The translations under genes and the position numbers were made by a program. Below the pieces are notes generated by a model. The model ran no database searches. It had not been told where the DNA came from and was given only the letters and a program-made list of their open reading frames with translations. This document shows positions 53,746-62,996 of a stretch of DNA of 64,000 bases, piece by piece. Source of the DNA: an uncultured Methanoregulaceae archaeon (GTDB lineage Archaea > Halobacteriota > Methanomicrobia > Methanomicrobiales > Methanospirillaceae). The stretch covers positions 2,368,001 through 2,432,000 of the forward strand of contig OY970061.1 of NCBI GenBank assembly GCA_963705255.1, given 5' to 3'. The stretch's first letter is position 1, and each line of letters begins with the position of its first letter.

Positions 53746-53938
53746 CGCGGTCTGATCTACTGGAATGTATGACGGTACTCGGTATTGTTTTTTTGTAACA
53801 CGCGGTTTCCGGCAGTTCAGGCTGAAATACTGGGTATTGCTATCGTCAGAGCCGGGCTTGCTTACATGCACCTGCACTGTAGGTTGCCCGGAAAGACGAG
53901 GAATCAGAAGCCTGATACCTGCCGTAAAAAAAGAAAAA

Positions 53939-54439
53939 TCAGTTGTACGACCGGAACGGGACGTATGCATCGTAAATTTTCAACTTATCACCCTGAGGCG
54001 TGTATGCCCAGACTTCGACACGGTCCTTGTTCTGGGTCGTGCCCTTAAGCGTCAACGCCTTACCGATCGAGAAGGGCTGGACCATCTTTCCCTCTTCGAC
54101 AACCCCGTCTGAACGGGTAATCATGACGTCAATCTCCGGTATGACGTTCATTCCCTTGCCCCCGCTGATCGTTGTGGTGATCTCCGGGTCGATCGCCTCG
54201 CCATTGTTTGCCACCTGGATCTGGATCCCCCAGATATCAGAGAGCGTCTGGGTAGGCCCGGGTGTGATCGAGGAAGTCGTGGGTACCGCTGTTGGCGTTG
54301 GTACTGGCGTTGCCTCGGTGGTCTGGACCGTTGTCGGTGCAGGTGTAGCAGGGGGAGTCGCCGGCTGCGAGCACCCGGCAGCAACCGCAAGCACAAAACA
54401 GAGCATAAGTGAGAAGACGATAGTCAGAATCCTGTTCAT
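53939..54439 (-). CDS. Putative lipoprotein
   Basis: Lipobox-like AAGC followed by Pro/Thr linker. Confidence 0.7.
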   Translation of the reverse strand: MNRILTIVFSLMLCFVLAVAAGCSQPATPPATPAPTTVQTTEATPVPTPTAVPTTSSITPGPTQTLSDIWGIQIQVANNGEAIDPEITTTISGGKGMNVIPEIDVMITRSDGVVEEGKMVQPFSIGKALTLKGTTQNKDRVEVWAYTPQGDKLKIYDAYVPFRSYN

Positions 54440-54565
54440 ACCGGAAGGTTTCCCGGGAGGGTATTTGAGTGTTGTGCCTTCCGGCAGGAAAGGGTTTACC
54501 GGAACGGGACAAAAGAACAGTACCTGTCGCGGAGCAGCAAAAAATGATTTTTGAATGAACGGGAA

Positions 54566-56164
54566 TTACGCCCGGTTGCCGGAAGCCGGCTCGATCCCTG
54601 TCGGCTGGTTGCGGATCGTCCGCTCCTTCATGATGGTGTAGACCTCGGCGGCGTGCTCTTTTGGCACTTCCACGAAGGAGTAGGAATCAAGGATGCGGAT
54701 CGCGCCGATCGCCTTTCCCGGTATCCCGGTCTCCCCTGCGATTGCACCGACGATGTCCTTGGGGGCGACCTTGTGCAGTCTGCCGACGGCAAGGAAGAAC
54801 CTGACCATCCCGTGCTCGGCGCCAGTGTCGCCGAAATCCACTCCTGCTGGTTTTTGCTCCGGCTCCCCGCTGCCCTGTTCCATCTGCAGTTTCAGGAGGG
54901 CTGCTGCAATCTCGACGGAGGACAGGTCCTCCTCACTCTCGTTCTCGACGATACGGACGTAACCTTCGATACCACCTGCTTTTATCGTCTCGCGCACCTT
55001 TTCGAGCACCGAACGGGTCCGGGTCTCGGCCACGTCGCTCTCGGTTGGGACCGGTATCCGGGGAATCTGGACTTTTGCATACTTCTGGATCTCATGGAGC
55101 TTGGTGTAGTCCCGTGGCGACACAAAGGTGACCGCCCTGCCGCTCTTGCCTGCCCTGCCCGTCCGCCCGATGCGGTGAACATCGTACTCAACGTCCTGCG
55201 GGACATCAAAATTGATGACAATATCCACGTCATCAACGTCAATTCCCCGCGCCGCCACATCGGTCGCGATCAGGATATCGATCGAACCCTTGCGGAACCC
55301 ACCCATAACCCGGTCGCGCTGGGACTGCTTCATGTCGCCGTGGAGCTCATCTGCACGGTATCCCCGCGCCCGGACTTTCCCGGACAGTTCCTCTGCCCGG
55401 CGCTTGGTGTTGCAGAAGACGATGGCCAGCTGCGGGTCGGCAAGGTCGATGAGCCTGCAGAGGACGTCGAGCTTGTCGCGGTCTTTCACTTCAATATAGG
55501 ACTGTTCGGTCTGCGGCACGGTCAGCTCGGCGTACTGGACCCGCACGAACTCCGGCTTGTTCTGGAAGCGTTTTGAGATATCGATGATCGGCTGGGGCAT
55601 GGTTGCGGAGAAGAGGAGGGTCTGACGGGCATGCGGGACGTTCTTTAAGATCAGTTCGATGTCGTCCCGGAAGCCCATGTCCAGCATCTGGTCGGCTTCG
55701 TCCAGCACGACGGTCGTGACATCCCGGAGGGAGAGTGTGCGGCGCCGGAGGTGATCCATGACGCGCCCTGGCGTGCCGATCACGATGTGCACGCCAGCCT
55801 GAAGTGCACGCAACTGGCGTTCGATAGGCTGGCCCCCGTATACCGGTAAAACAATAATCCGCGGGAGGTGAGCGAGGAGGCTGGAGAACTCTTCTGCGAT
55901 CTGGATAGCGAGCTCCCGGGTCGGGCAGAGGACGATGGCCTGCACGGCGCGGTTTGCGGGGTCGATCTTCTCGATGACGGGGATGCCGAATGCGGCGGTC
56001 TTGCCGGTGCCGGTCTGTGCTTGGGCGGTCACGTCGCGCCCGGCCTGGATGAGAGGAATGGCGAGCGCCTGGATGGGCGTGGGCTCTTCAAAGCCCATAT
56101 CTTCTATGGCTTTCCCGACTTCCTTTGAAAGGTTAAAGTCGGAAAACTGTATACGGGAATTCAT
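54566..56164 (-). CDS. deaD: DEAD-box RNA helicase with DbpA-type RNA-binding domain
   Basis: AQTGTGKT, PTRELA, DEAD, SAT, ARGID, HRIGRTGRAG. Confidence 0.9.
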   Translation of the reverse strand: MNSRIQFSDFNLSKEVGKAIEDMGFEEPTPIQALAIPLIQAGRDVTAQAQTGTGKTAAFGIPVIEKIDPANRAVQAIVLCPTRELAIQIAEEFSSLLAHLPRIIVLPVYGGQPIERQLRALQAGVHIVIGTPGRVMDHLRRRTLSLRDVTTVVLDEADQMLDMGFRDDIELILKNVPHARQTLLFSATMPQPIIDISKRFQNKPEFVRVQYAELTVPQTEQSYIEVKDRDKLDVLCRLIDLADPQLAIVFCNTKRRAEELSGKVRARGYRADELHGDMKQSQRDRVMGGFRKGSIDILIATDVAARGIDVDDVDIVINFDVPQDVEYDVHRIGRTGRAGKSGRAVTFVSPRDYTKLHEIQKYAKVQIPRIPVPTESDVAETRTRSVLEKVRETIKAGGIEGYVRIVENESEEDLSSVEIAAALLKLQMEQGSGEPEQKPAGVDFGDTGAEHGMVRFFLAVGRLHKVAPKDIVGAIAGETGIPGKAIGAIRILDSYSFVEVPKEHAAEVYTIMKERTIRNQPTGIEPASGNRA

Positions 56165-56266
56165 ATCGCACCACCATTTAGCGCGAGGGGTCTTAAGATG
56201 GCGCACTGAGAGTGCGTTGTTTTCACCGGCTTTTTATTCCCGCAGGTGAACATGGGTGTGAGGACT

Positions 56267-56842
56267 ATGAAAGTCGTAGCATTCAATGGCAGCGCGCGGA
56301 AGGACGGCAACACGGCCATCCTGGTCAACGCACTCTTTAAGGAGCTGAAAAAGGACGGGATCGAGACCGAGCTCGTGCAGCTCGCGGGAAAGAAGATCCC
56401 CGGGTGCATCGCCTGCATGAAGTGTTTTGAGAAGAAGGACCGGCAGTGCGCGATCAAGGGCGACATCGTGAACGAGTGCATAGAAAAGATGGCGGAATCC
56501 GACGGGATCGTCCTTGCGTCCCCGACCTATTATGCCGATATCTCGGCGGGCATGAAGGCGCTGATCGAGCGGGCGGGTTTTGTGGCGCGTGCCAACGATG
56601 ACCTGTTCCGGCGCAAGATCGGGGCATCGGTGGTCGCCGTCCGGAGGGGCGGGGCCATCCACGCGTTCGACTCGATGAACCACTTCTTCTTCATCAACCA
56701 GATGATAGTCCCGGGCTCGTCCTACTGGAATGTCGGGATCGGGCTTGCCCCGGGGGACGTGAAGCACGATGAAGAGGGGATCGCCACGATGAAGACGCTC
56801 GGGCAGAATATGGCGTGGCTCCTGGAAAAATGCAATAAATAA
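56267..56842 (+). CDS. Iron-sulfur flavoprotein (flavodoxin family)
   Basis: GSARKDGNT, CIACMKC...C, ASPTYY, RRGGA. Confidence 0.9.
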   Translation: MKVVAFNGSARKDGNTAILVNALFKELKKDGIETELVQLAGKKIPGCIACMKCFEKKDRQCAIKGDIVNECIEKMAESDGIVLASPTYYADISAGMKALIERAGFVARANDDLFRRKIGASVVAVRRGGAIHAFDSMNHFFFINQMIVPGSSYWNVGIGLAPGDVKHDEEGIATMKTLGQNMAWLLEKCNK

Positions 56843-56849
56843 TTTTTAT

Positions 56850-57593
56850 TCAGATTTCGATTGTCAGGTCGTCGGTCGAGACAATGAGGCCGGGGAATTC
56901 CTGCCCGAACTGCTCCTGCACGGCCCGCCTGTCGTCAAGCGTCCGGTAGACTTCAGCACCGAAGTGCACGAGGGCGAGGCAGCGGGCGTGTGCCTCCCGG
57001 GCGATCCGGATCGCGTCCTGCGGGTTGAGGTGGGGCCACAACGGGCTCTCCTCACCGGGTTTCAGCCCGCATTCGGTGATGAGCAGGTCGGCGTCCCGCC
57101 CGAGCCTGACGGCGTTGTCGCAGACGCCGGTATCCGTACAGTACGTGATCACCTTCCCGTCCAGCTCGACCCGGTACCCGTAACAGGGCGCCGGGTGGAC
57201 GAGCGGGCGGCACTCGACCGTGAACGGGAGGTGGTGGACCCCTTCTTCGAGTTCGGTGGCCTCTGCGGGAAACGGGAGCTGGGCAAGCGGCACCGTGAAC
57301 GGTTCGTTCACGAACGTTGCAAGGAGAGCCGAACTTCCCGGCAGGCTGAAGATCTTCAGTCCTTTTCTGAGCCGGAACTTGCAGAGCGTATGCAGCCCGG
57401 CGATATGATCGATGTGGAAATGGCTGAGGAAGAGATACACGGGCTTCTTCTGGGTGATGTACCGGTCTGCCTTGGCAATGCCGTTCCCCGCATCAAAGAT
57501 GATATCATATTCAGCCGATTGGACGAGGACGGAACAGGTATTGCCGGTAACAGTGTCGTACCAGCCGTTGGTCCCAAGGAATGTCACCTTCAT
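56850..57593 (-). CDS. MBL-fold hydrolase, RNase Z-like
   Basis: FLGTNG, SHFHIDHIAG, YCTDT, HL, LVHF. Confidence 0.8.
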   Translation of the reverse strand: MKVTFLGTNGWYDTVTGNTCSVLVQSAEYDIIFDAGNGIAKADRYITQKKPVYLFLSHFHIDHIAGLHTLCKFRLRKGLKIFSLPGSSALLATFVNEPFTVPLAQLPFPAEATELEEGVHHLPFTVECRPLVHPAPCYGYRVELDGKVITYCTDTGVCDNAVRLGRDADLLITECGLKPGEESPLWPHLNPQDAIRIAREAHARCLALVHFGAEVYRTLDDRRAVQEQFGQEFPGLIVSTDDLTIEI

Positions 57594-57702
57594 GAGAGAG
57601 CATTGGGCCTTCATGAACAAAGAAGTTTCAGGTCATGTGCGTTGCCTTTTTATCTGTCCGCGTCGATGCTCGTTCTGTCTGATATCCTGTGGAGAAAGAA
57701 CC

Positions 57703-58569
57703 ATGAATCTTTTGTCATCCCTGTCCATTCTTGTTGCGATCATTGTACTATGCCTGTGTATTATGCCGGCGAGCGGGATCATTCAGGAAGTCACCATCAG
57801 AGGCTCGGTCACTTCCCCCGATCAGCCGAATAACACCCTGTCCATCGGGAACCCCCAGCAGTACGGGTGCAGTTATCCGGCGACCAGCGCTCCGGTCTGT
57901 TCCTATTCGCCTATGAACATCCCGGCCCTGACCGGGACGGTACCCAGTAACCTTGCGTACTCCATCTTCAAATCCGGAGACCCGGTCGTTGCGACGAGCC
58001 TCGGAGGCGCCGGGGGAACTTGGATCGGCCTTGCAAAGCTCTACGGGGCAAGCCCGGACGAGGAGTACGTGACCGATATCGTGGGAGACCCGGGCACGAT
58101 CCCGACACCGCTGATCGGCGGTTACGCGCTGGACGTGACAACGACTCCCGACTGTTCGGCCTGTTCCGGGACGACCTGCACCGCACTATCGTCGGACGTG
58201 AAAGTGATGAGCAGTGGAACGGTGGTCCATGAAGAGACCCTCCAGCCGCGGCAGTCCCTGATGTACAACGGAAGAAACGACGGCTCGAGCGTTGCGGTAA
58301 CATTCGTAAAAGGGGAGGCATCGTCCACGACCTGCGCGGGCAGGACCGGCATGACCGGGCCGCAGGCGGTCTCGGTGTATATTGTCAATATCGTCCCGCC
58401 GATCGGCTATGGACGGAACACAACCAGTCCGGGTGAAGCGCTGACACCTCTTCCACCGACCATTGTTACCACGGCGCCGGTCACCACGGCAAAGTCAGGC
58501 GGCCTTCCGATTGCCGTGATTGGTGCGCTTGGAGTGCTGGCCCTGGTAGTTGCGGAGCGGAAGAGGTAG
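57703..58569 (+). CDS. Secreted/surface protein with C-terminal anchor
   Basis: Signal peptide, Thr-rich linker, TM plus RKR. Confidence 0.75.
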   Translation: MNLLSSLSILVAIIVLCLCIMPASGIIQEVTIRGSVTSPDQPNNTLSIGNPQQYGCSYPATSAPVCSYSPMNIPALTGTVPSNLAYSIFKSGDPVVATSLGGAGGTWIGLAKLYGASPDEEYVTDIVGDPGTIPTPLIGGYALDVTTTPDCSACSGTTCTALSSDVKVMSSGTVVHEETLQPRQSLMYNGRNDGSSVAVTFVKGEASSTTCAGRTGMTGPQAVSVYIVNIVPPIGYGRNTTSPGEALTPLPPTIVTTAPVTTAKSGGLPIAVIGALGVLALVVAERKR

Positions 58570-58925
58570 ACCCGCGGGCTGGAACGGTTTCTTCATTTTC
58601 CGGAAAGGACTGCTAGGGATCGTATGCCTGTCAGTACCTGTTTTTTGCCCGCACCGGTACATGAGCGAAGGGATCTTTTTTGGAATCTGACGGAAAATCT
58701 GTTGGGCGTTTTTCAGAGAGAGGCCTGTGTCCGCGCGGCCATAGCCGGGATGACGGAACATGCCGTGGGGGTCACCATGAAAATGACCCCCGGAATCGCG
58801 GGGATGCCCATACCCTTCCCGGCACCCGTGCACCATCACCCGAAGGTCCTCTCCCTGATCGACTTGCCTGTCCTGGCAGAAAGGCTCATCATCAGACCCA
58901 ATCAGACAGGATCGCAGGAACATGC

Positions 58926-59078
58926 ATGACAGAAAACCTGAGAGAATCAGAGCGGGTCGATGTGACCGTACTTGTCGACAATTACATCGACCTGTTTGTC
59001 CCGCCCGCTATGGCGGGAGATCACCGCCCGCCGTTCTCCCCCGCCCGCCCCCTGCTCGCAGAACATGGCCTGTCCTGC
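58926..59078 (+). pseudogene. 5' fragment of MBL-fold hydrolase
   Basis: VTVLVDNYID...LLAEHGLSC then homology ends. Confidence 0.65.
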
Positions 59079-59400
59079 CCCGGTGGGAGCGGACCCGGTA
59101 GCCGATGGCGAGGATCATGTCGAGGTTGTAAAAGAGCGTGCGATAATTCCTGCTGTCAGCGGCAGTTGTTAAGTATTCCTTAATAACTGAACCCGCTTCC
59201 AGCTCGCCACCCCTGAGAATATTCCGGATATGCATGCTGATATTTGGTATGGAGGTCTGGTAGAGTTCCGCGATGCGGGCCTGGGTAAGCCAGACGGTTC
59301 CCTCATCGAGCCGGACTTCGATGCGGCTGCTCCCGTCTTCGGACTGGTAGAAGAGGATCTGCGACCGGGTTACCGGCTCCGGGAGGGGATTGCTGCTCAT
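59077..59400 (-). pseudogene. 5' fragment of RhuM/virulence-family protein
   Basis: TVWLTQARIAELY...YNLDMILAIGYRVRSHRG, truncated. Confidence 0.75.
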
Positions 59401-59671
59401 TGTCCAACCATGCGCCACAGTGTACTTATTCTTAACCGGATGTTTGGCTTTTTATAGTGTGGCACCATGGGGTGAAAATAACCGGGGGTGGAAGGAGGGG
59501 CTGAAAACTGATGCGCGGGTATCCCATAATCCACCTATCTGTTCCTCTCAGTCCCGGTGCAGCCCCGGCAAAAGTCCCGGCATCATTTCACCGGCCCCAC
59601 TTCTCTATCGTGTCGATCTCCGCTATGAACTCCTTCAGCCGTTCGCGTTCCGGCCCGAACCATCGTTGTTT

Positions 59672-60126
59672 TTACTCCTGCCCCTTCGCCCACCGCACCA
59701 GCACCGCGAGGACCGCGACCAGCACCATGTCGAAGATTTACTTCGTAAATCTTCTCCTCTTCGAATTTCGCTTTGCTCAATTCTTCGGAGATCGAAGAAT
59801 TCTTGCGAATTCGGTCGAAGAACTTCGTTCAGGAGAAGATTCTTCTTCTCCTGTCTCAAGTCTGATGACTTTCGACATTCTGATGACCCTCAGCATTCTC
59901 CTCCTCCAGGTCCTGATGGACCTATCGGATGTCGGAGAAACCTGAAGGTTTCTTCTTTTCCTCCAGGTCTGATGACCTGTCGGACAAAAAAAACGACCGG
60001 CATGTGCGCCGAACCCCTGGACACGACCAGCACCATGTCGAGCACCATCCCGAGGGCCAGCCCCGCAGCGATGCCGACGATGAGGCGCCTGATCGTGCGG
60101 TCTTCGAAAATGGGAATACCCGAATA
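59672..60126 (-). pseudogene. Small 2-TM membrane protein, copy A, interrupted by hairpin-element array; no clear start codon
   Basis: IFEDRTIRRL...HMPVVFF | VVLVAVLAVLVRWAKGQE; 198 bp in frame once the 257-bp insert is removed. Confidence 0.7.
59728..59984 (-). mobile_element. Array of 5 double-hairpin miniature elements (tandem and nested)
   Basis: Absent from paralog C; parses into units T..GA-stem-loop-stem-GA, 3 nt, GAAG..CTTC, GAYN. Confidence 0.75.
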
Positions 60127-60215
60127 ACCCGGATTTTAACAGCAATTTTCAGCAAAAAAATGATGACGGGGAAGAGATAATACCTACACAGAAAAGTTAT
60201 GGGAGAGCGGGTGCG

Positions 60216-60512
60216 ATGGCTGGACGGACATTGAAGAAGAAGATCCAAGATTCTATTGTCTCAATCCTGACCCGGTATGATGCCGAGCGGATCGCCATCT
60301 TTGGTTCCTATGCCCGGGGAGAAGCCGGCGAAAACAGCGATATTGACATCCTTGTAAGGTTTGCCCGGCCAAAAAGCCTGATCCAGATTGTACAGATCGA
60401 AGACGAGATCAGGAAGTTCATCCATATGAAAGTCGATCTCGTAACCGAGAAAGCCGTCAGCCCCCATCTTGCCGGCACCATTTTCCGCGATGAAATGGTG
60501 ATCTATGGATGA
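60216..60512 (+). CDS. MNT nucleotidyltransferase (antitoxin)
   Basis: IFGSYARGE...SDIDILV, KVDLV. Confidence 0.9.
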   Translation: MAGRTLKKKIQDSIVSILTRYDAERIAIFGSYARGEAGENSDIDILVRFARPKSLIQIVQIEDEIRKFIHMKVDLVTEKAVSPHLAGTIFRDEMVIYG

Positions 60513-60660
60513 AACCGGAAGACCCGGCGTACCTCCATCACATGCCTGATGCTATTATCCATTTCGAAGATTTGATCCAAATCTTCTCGTCTTCAGGGTT
60601 CTGATAAACCCCTCAGACATTGAGAAATTTTCCAAGGGAATCACATCTGCCTCTTCTCTT
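60509..60660 (+). pseudogene. HEPN/DUF86 toxin remnant, interrupted and truncated
   Basis: MKPEDPAYLHHMPDAIIH|IEKFSKGIT after removing the 56-bp insert; ATGA overlap with MNT. Confidence 0.7.
60562..60617 (-). mobile_element. Single double-hairpin miniature element (56 bp)
   Basis: tct GA ggggttt atca gaaccct GA aga cga gaagatttg gat caaatcttc gaaa. Confidence 0.75.
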
Positions 60661-60693
60661 AAGGACCGCCCGCTTGAACGCGCCGGTATCACG

Positions 60694-61104
60694 CTAAATA
60701 CGTTCAGCGAGATCCCGGGTTGAATAGATCTTCAGGATATCCTGTTTAAGAAAATGCCGGTCTTCTGTCCAGATACCGTCGATACCAAGGGAAATGCCGA
60801 CAGCAAGGAACACAGAATCGTTTTCATCCACTGTTTCCATGACCTGCATTGCATGATTAAACTCGGCTGAGAACTCTTCAAAAGGAACAAGGACGACACG
60901 GTTAAGCAGGGTTTGCATAAGGATATCAAAGTCCTGTTCAGAGATTTTTGCCTTTTTCAGAAGGTAGGGCCGGTGTTTGTACAACTCGGTCTCAATATAA
61001 TCCGGGGCGTAAAATGAGAAGGACTTATGCAGGATAATTTTCCGCGAGACTGAATCCCGAAGGAGATCAGCCATGATCCGGTTGGTATCTATGACAAGTT
61101 TCAT
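60694..61104 (-). CDS. PIN-domain toxin (VapC-like)
   Basis: LVIDTN, DENDSVFLA, IWTEDRHF. Confidence 0.85.
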   Translation of the reverse strand: MKLVIDTNRIMADLLRDSVSRKIILHKSFSFYAPDYIETELYKHRPYLLKKAKISEQDFDILMQTLLNRVVLVPFEEFSAEFNHAMQVMETVDENDSVFLAVGISLGIDGIWTEDRHFLKQDILKIYSTRDLAERI

Positions 61105-61153
61105 CGGGTTCTGCCTTTGGCGTCAGGAAATAGTCTTAGGCTGCACTGCTTTT

Positions 61154-61414
61154 TTAAGAGAGATCTGCTTTCCTGGCGGGGCTTCGCGATGCTTTACCCT
61201 TGTAATGTTTCAGGATTCCCGCCTTCGCCTTCTTATCGAGAGCCATGATATCATCCTCAGTAAGCTCGCTCTCCCGGGTCATGGCATTCAGGAGCGCAAT
61301 TTTTTTGGCGTAATCCTCGATTGCCCTTCGGGCGATCTCACTCCACCGGACCTCATTGTGAGCTTTTACAATCTTGTAGACATCTTCCGGGAGCGACAGC
61401 GTCATGTTTGGCAT
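61154..61414 (-). CDS. RHH-type antitoxin
   Basis: MPNMTLSLPEDVY...EVRWSEIARRAI upstream of PIN gene. Confidence 0.75.
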   Translation of the reverse strand: MPNMTLSLPEDVYKIVKAHNEVRWSEIARRAIEDYAKKIALLNAMTRESELTEDDIMALDKKAKAGILKHYKGKASRSPARKADLS

Positions 61415-61423
61415 AACATCACC

Positions 61424-61439
61424 ACACATATCTATGTGT
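61424..61439. promoter_or_regulatory. Putative TA autoregulation operator ACACATA-TC-TATGTGT
   Basis: Inverted repeat between minus-strand TTAAATA and the antitoxin start. Confidence 0.55.
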
Positions 61440-61540
61440 ATTCACATATTTAAGAGGATTGGGGCCAGATAGGTGGCTGCAATAATTTTTCTGATAAAAG
61501 AGTCACGATTTTCCCGCGTCCAAAAGCCCTTTGGATTAAC

Positions 61541-61737
61541 TTACTCCAGCCCGTTCGACCACCACACCAGCACGGCTAGGACCACTATGAGAACTAATAA
61601 AAAATAACCGGCATGTACGCCGAACCCCTGAACACAACCAGCACAATGTCCAGGATCATCCCGAGGGCCAGCCCCGCAGCGATACCGACGATGAGGCGTT
61701 TGATCGTGCGGTCTTCGAATATTGTTACATCCACCAT
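61541..61737 (-). CDS. Small 2-TM membrane protein, copy C (uninterrupted; one T short in a homopolymer)
   Basis: MVDVTIFEDRTIKRLIVGIAAGLALGMILDIVLVVFRGSAYMPVIF(L)LVLIVVLAVLVWWSNGLE. Confidence 0.7.
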
Positions 61738-61861
61738 GTTCTTTACTGAACGTGGATCGTGTTATGGTTTTGGGAGCGGGGTGGCATCGCCAATAGCCCT
61801 GAGGAGAATGCCCCCCGTTTTCAGGGCTTTGTCATGGCGGGGGCCCGGACCGAGGAAACCG

Positions 61862-62080
61862 TCACACAAGTTCACCGGGATCAATACCGGCATCCTTGCA
61901 GATCTGTTTTACGATCTTCGGGTGCAGGATCTTCCCGGCATGATCCGGTACGGTTACCCTGACACCAGCATCGTTTTTAAAAATTTTGTGACTCCCACTT
62001 TGCCGTACGCAACTGAACCCTTTCCTTTTCAGCAGGGTGATGATCCGTTCAGCCGGGATCCGGGGGAGTCTTTCACTCAT
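61862..62080 (-). CDS. hicA: HicA-family toxin
   Basis: GFSCVRQSGSHKIF, VTVPDH. Confidence 0.9.
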   Translation of the reverse strand: MSERLPRIPAERIITLLKRKGFSCVRQSGSHKIFKNDAGVRVTVPDHAGKILHPKIVKQICKDAGIDPGELV

Positions 62081-62301
62081 ACCGTGACATCGACTGTGGT
62101 TAAATTGATCAGATGCGCCTGGGGGATCTTCTCTCCGGAATTGATGCGATCATCGAGATGGAGGCGGATGGCATCCCGGATATTGTCAAGGACTTCTTCA
62201 TAGGTCTCTCCCTGTGCATAGCATCCCTGGAGTTCCGGGCAGAATGCGGTGTAGCCATCTTCATCTTTTTCGATTACTACGGAAAAACGGAAATTGTTCA
62301 T
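62077..62301 (-). CDS. hicB: HicB-family antitoxin
   Basis: YTAFCPELQGCYAQGETYEE. Confidence 0.9.
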   Translation of the reverse strand: MNNFRFSVVIEKDEDGYTAFCPELQGCYAQGETYEEVLDNIRDAIRLHLDDRINSGEKIPQAHLINLTTVDVTV

Positions 62302-62467
62302 ACAGTAACCCCTTATGCGTCCTCTCGTGAATATATCGTATCGGCCAGTGCAATAACTTTTTGATTGCCTGCCATGAGTTGATGGCAGCCAGGGAGGGGA
62401 TTTGGGTCTGGGCCGGCCCGGTCCCCGGGGACGAGATTCATCCTTGGTACCGAAAGGGAATCCCACC

Positions 62468-62876
62468 TCACTCCAGCCCCTTCGCCCACCGCGCCAGCAC
62501 CGCGAGGACCACAACCAGCACCAGATCGAAGAATTCTTGCGAATTCGGTCGAAGAACTTCGTTCAATCGAAGGCGTTCCGCCTTCTCGTGTCTCAAGTCT
62601 GATGACTTTCGACATTCTCCTGCCTCGGGTCTTATGACCCTCAGCATTCTCCTCCTCCAGGTCCTGATGGACCTATCGGATGTCGGAGAAACCTGAAGGT
62701 TTCTTCTTTTCCTCCAGGTCTGATGACCTGTCGGACAAAAAAACGACCGGCATGTGCGCCGAGCCCCTGAACACGACCAGCACGATGTCGAGCACCATCC
62801 CGAGGGCCAGCCCCGCAACGATGCCGACGATGAGGCGCTTGATCGTGCGATCTTCGAATATGGTATAGTCTGTCAT
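62468..62876 (-). pseudogene. Small 2-TM membrane protein, copy B, interrupted by hairpin-element array
   Basis: MTDYTIFEDRTIKRL...HMPVVF | VLVVVLAVLARWAKGLE. Confidence 0.7.
62524..62735 (-). mobile_element. Array of 4 double-hairpin miniature elements (tandem and doubly nested)
   Basis: Units of 55, 57, 50 and 50 bp sum to the 212-bp insert. Confidence 0.78.
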
Positions 62877-62996
62877 GGTTATTTCCTTACTTATCTTGCG
62901 TCGTCCTGGTTCCAGAAATTTCTTGCGGGGTCCGGCTTTTTTATTTCCATCACATCCAGACACCGGACTGTGCCGGTGCACGGGTCACCATGTATC

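Noticed and set aside
10-55576. Long antisense ORFs (e.g. 10-1158, 16947-18245, 31460-33193, 54551-55576)
   Set aside because: Shadows of well-supported genes on the opposite strand in GC-rich coding DNA.
59860-59984. CTGATGA as hammerhead ribozyme core or C/D box
   Set aside because: It is the complement of the hairpin loop, varies between units (CTGATGG, CTTATGA, CTGCTAA) and lacks a correctly placed GAAA partner.
61783-61840. Imperfect stem-loop downstream of hicA
   Set aside because: Single occurrence in the window and a different architecture from the double-hairpin units; cannot be assigned.
59728-62735. Inserts as bulge-helix-bulge introns
   Set aside because: Junction sequences cannot form the 4-bp central helix with two 3-nt bulges, and one copy is antisense to its host gene.
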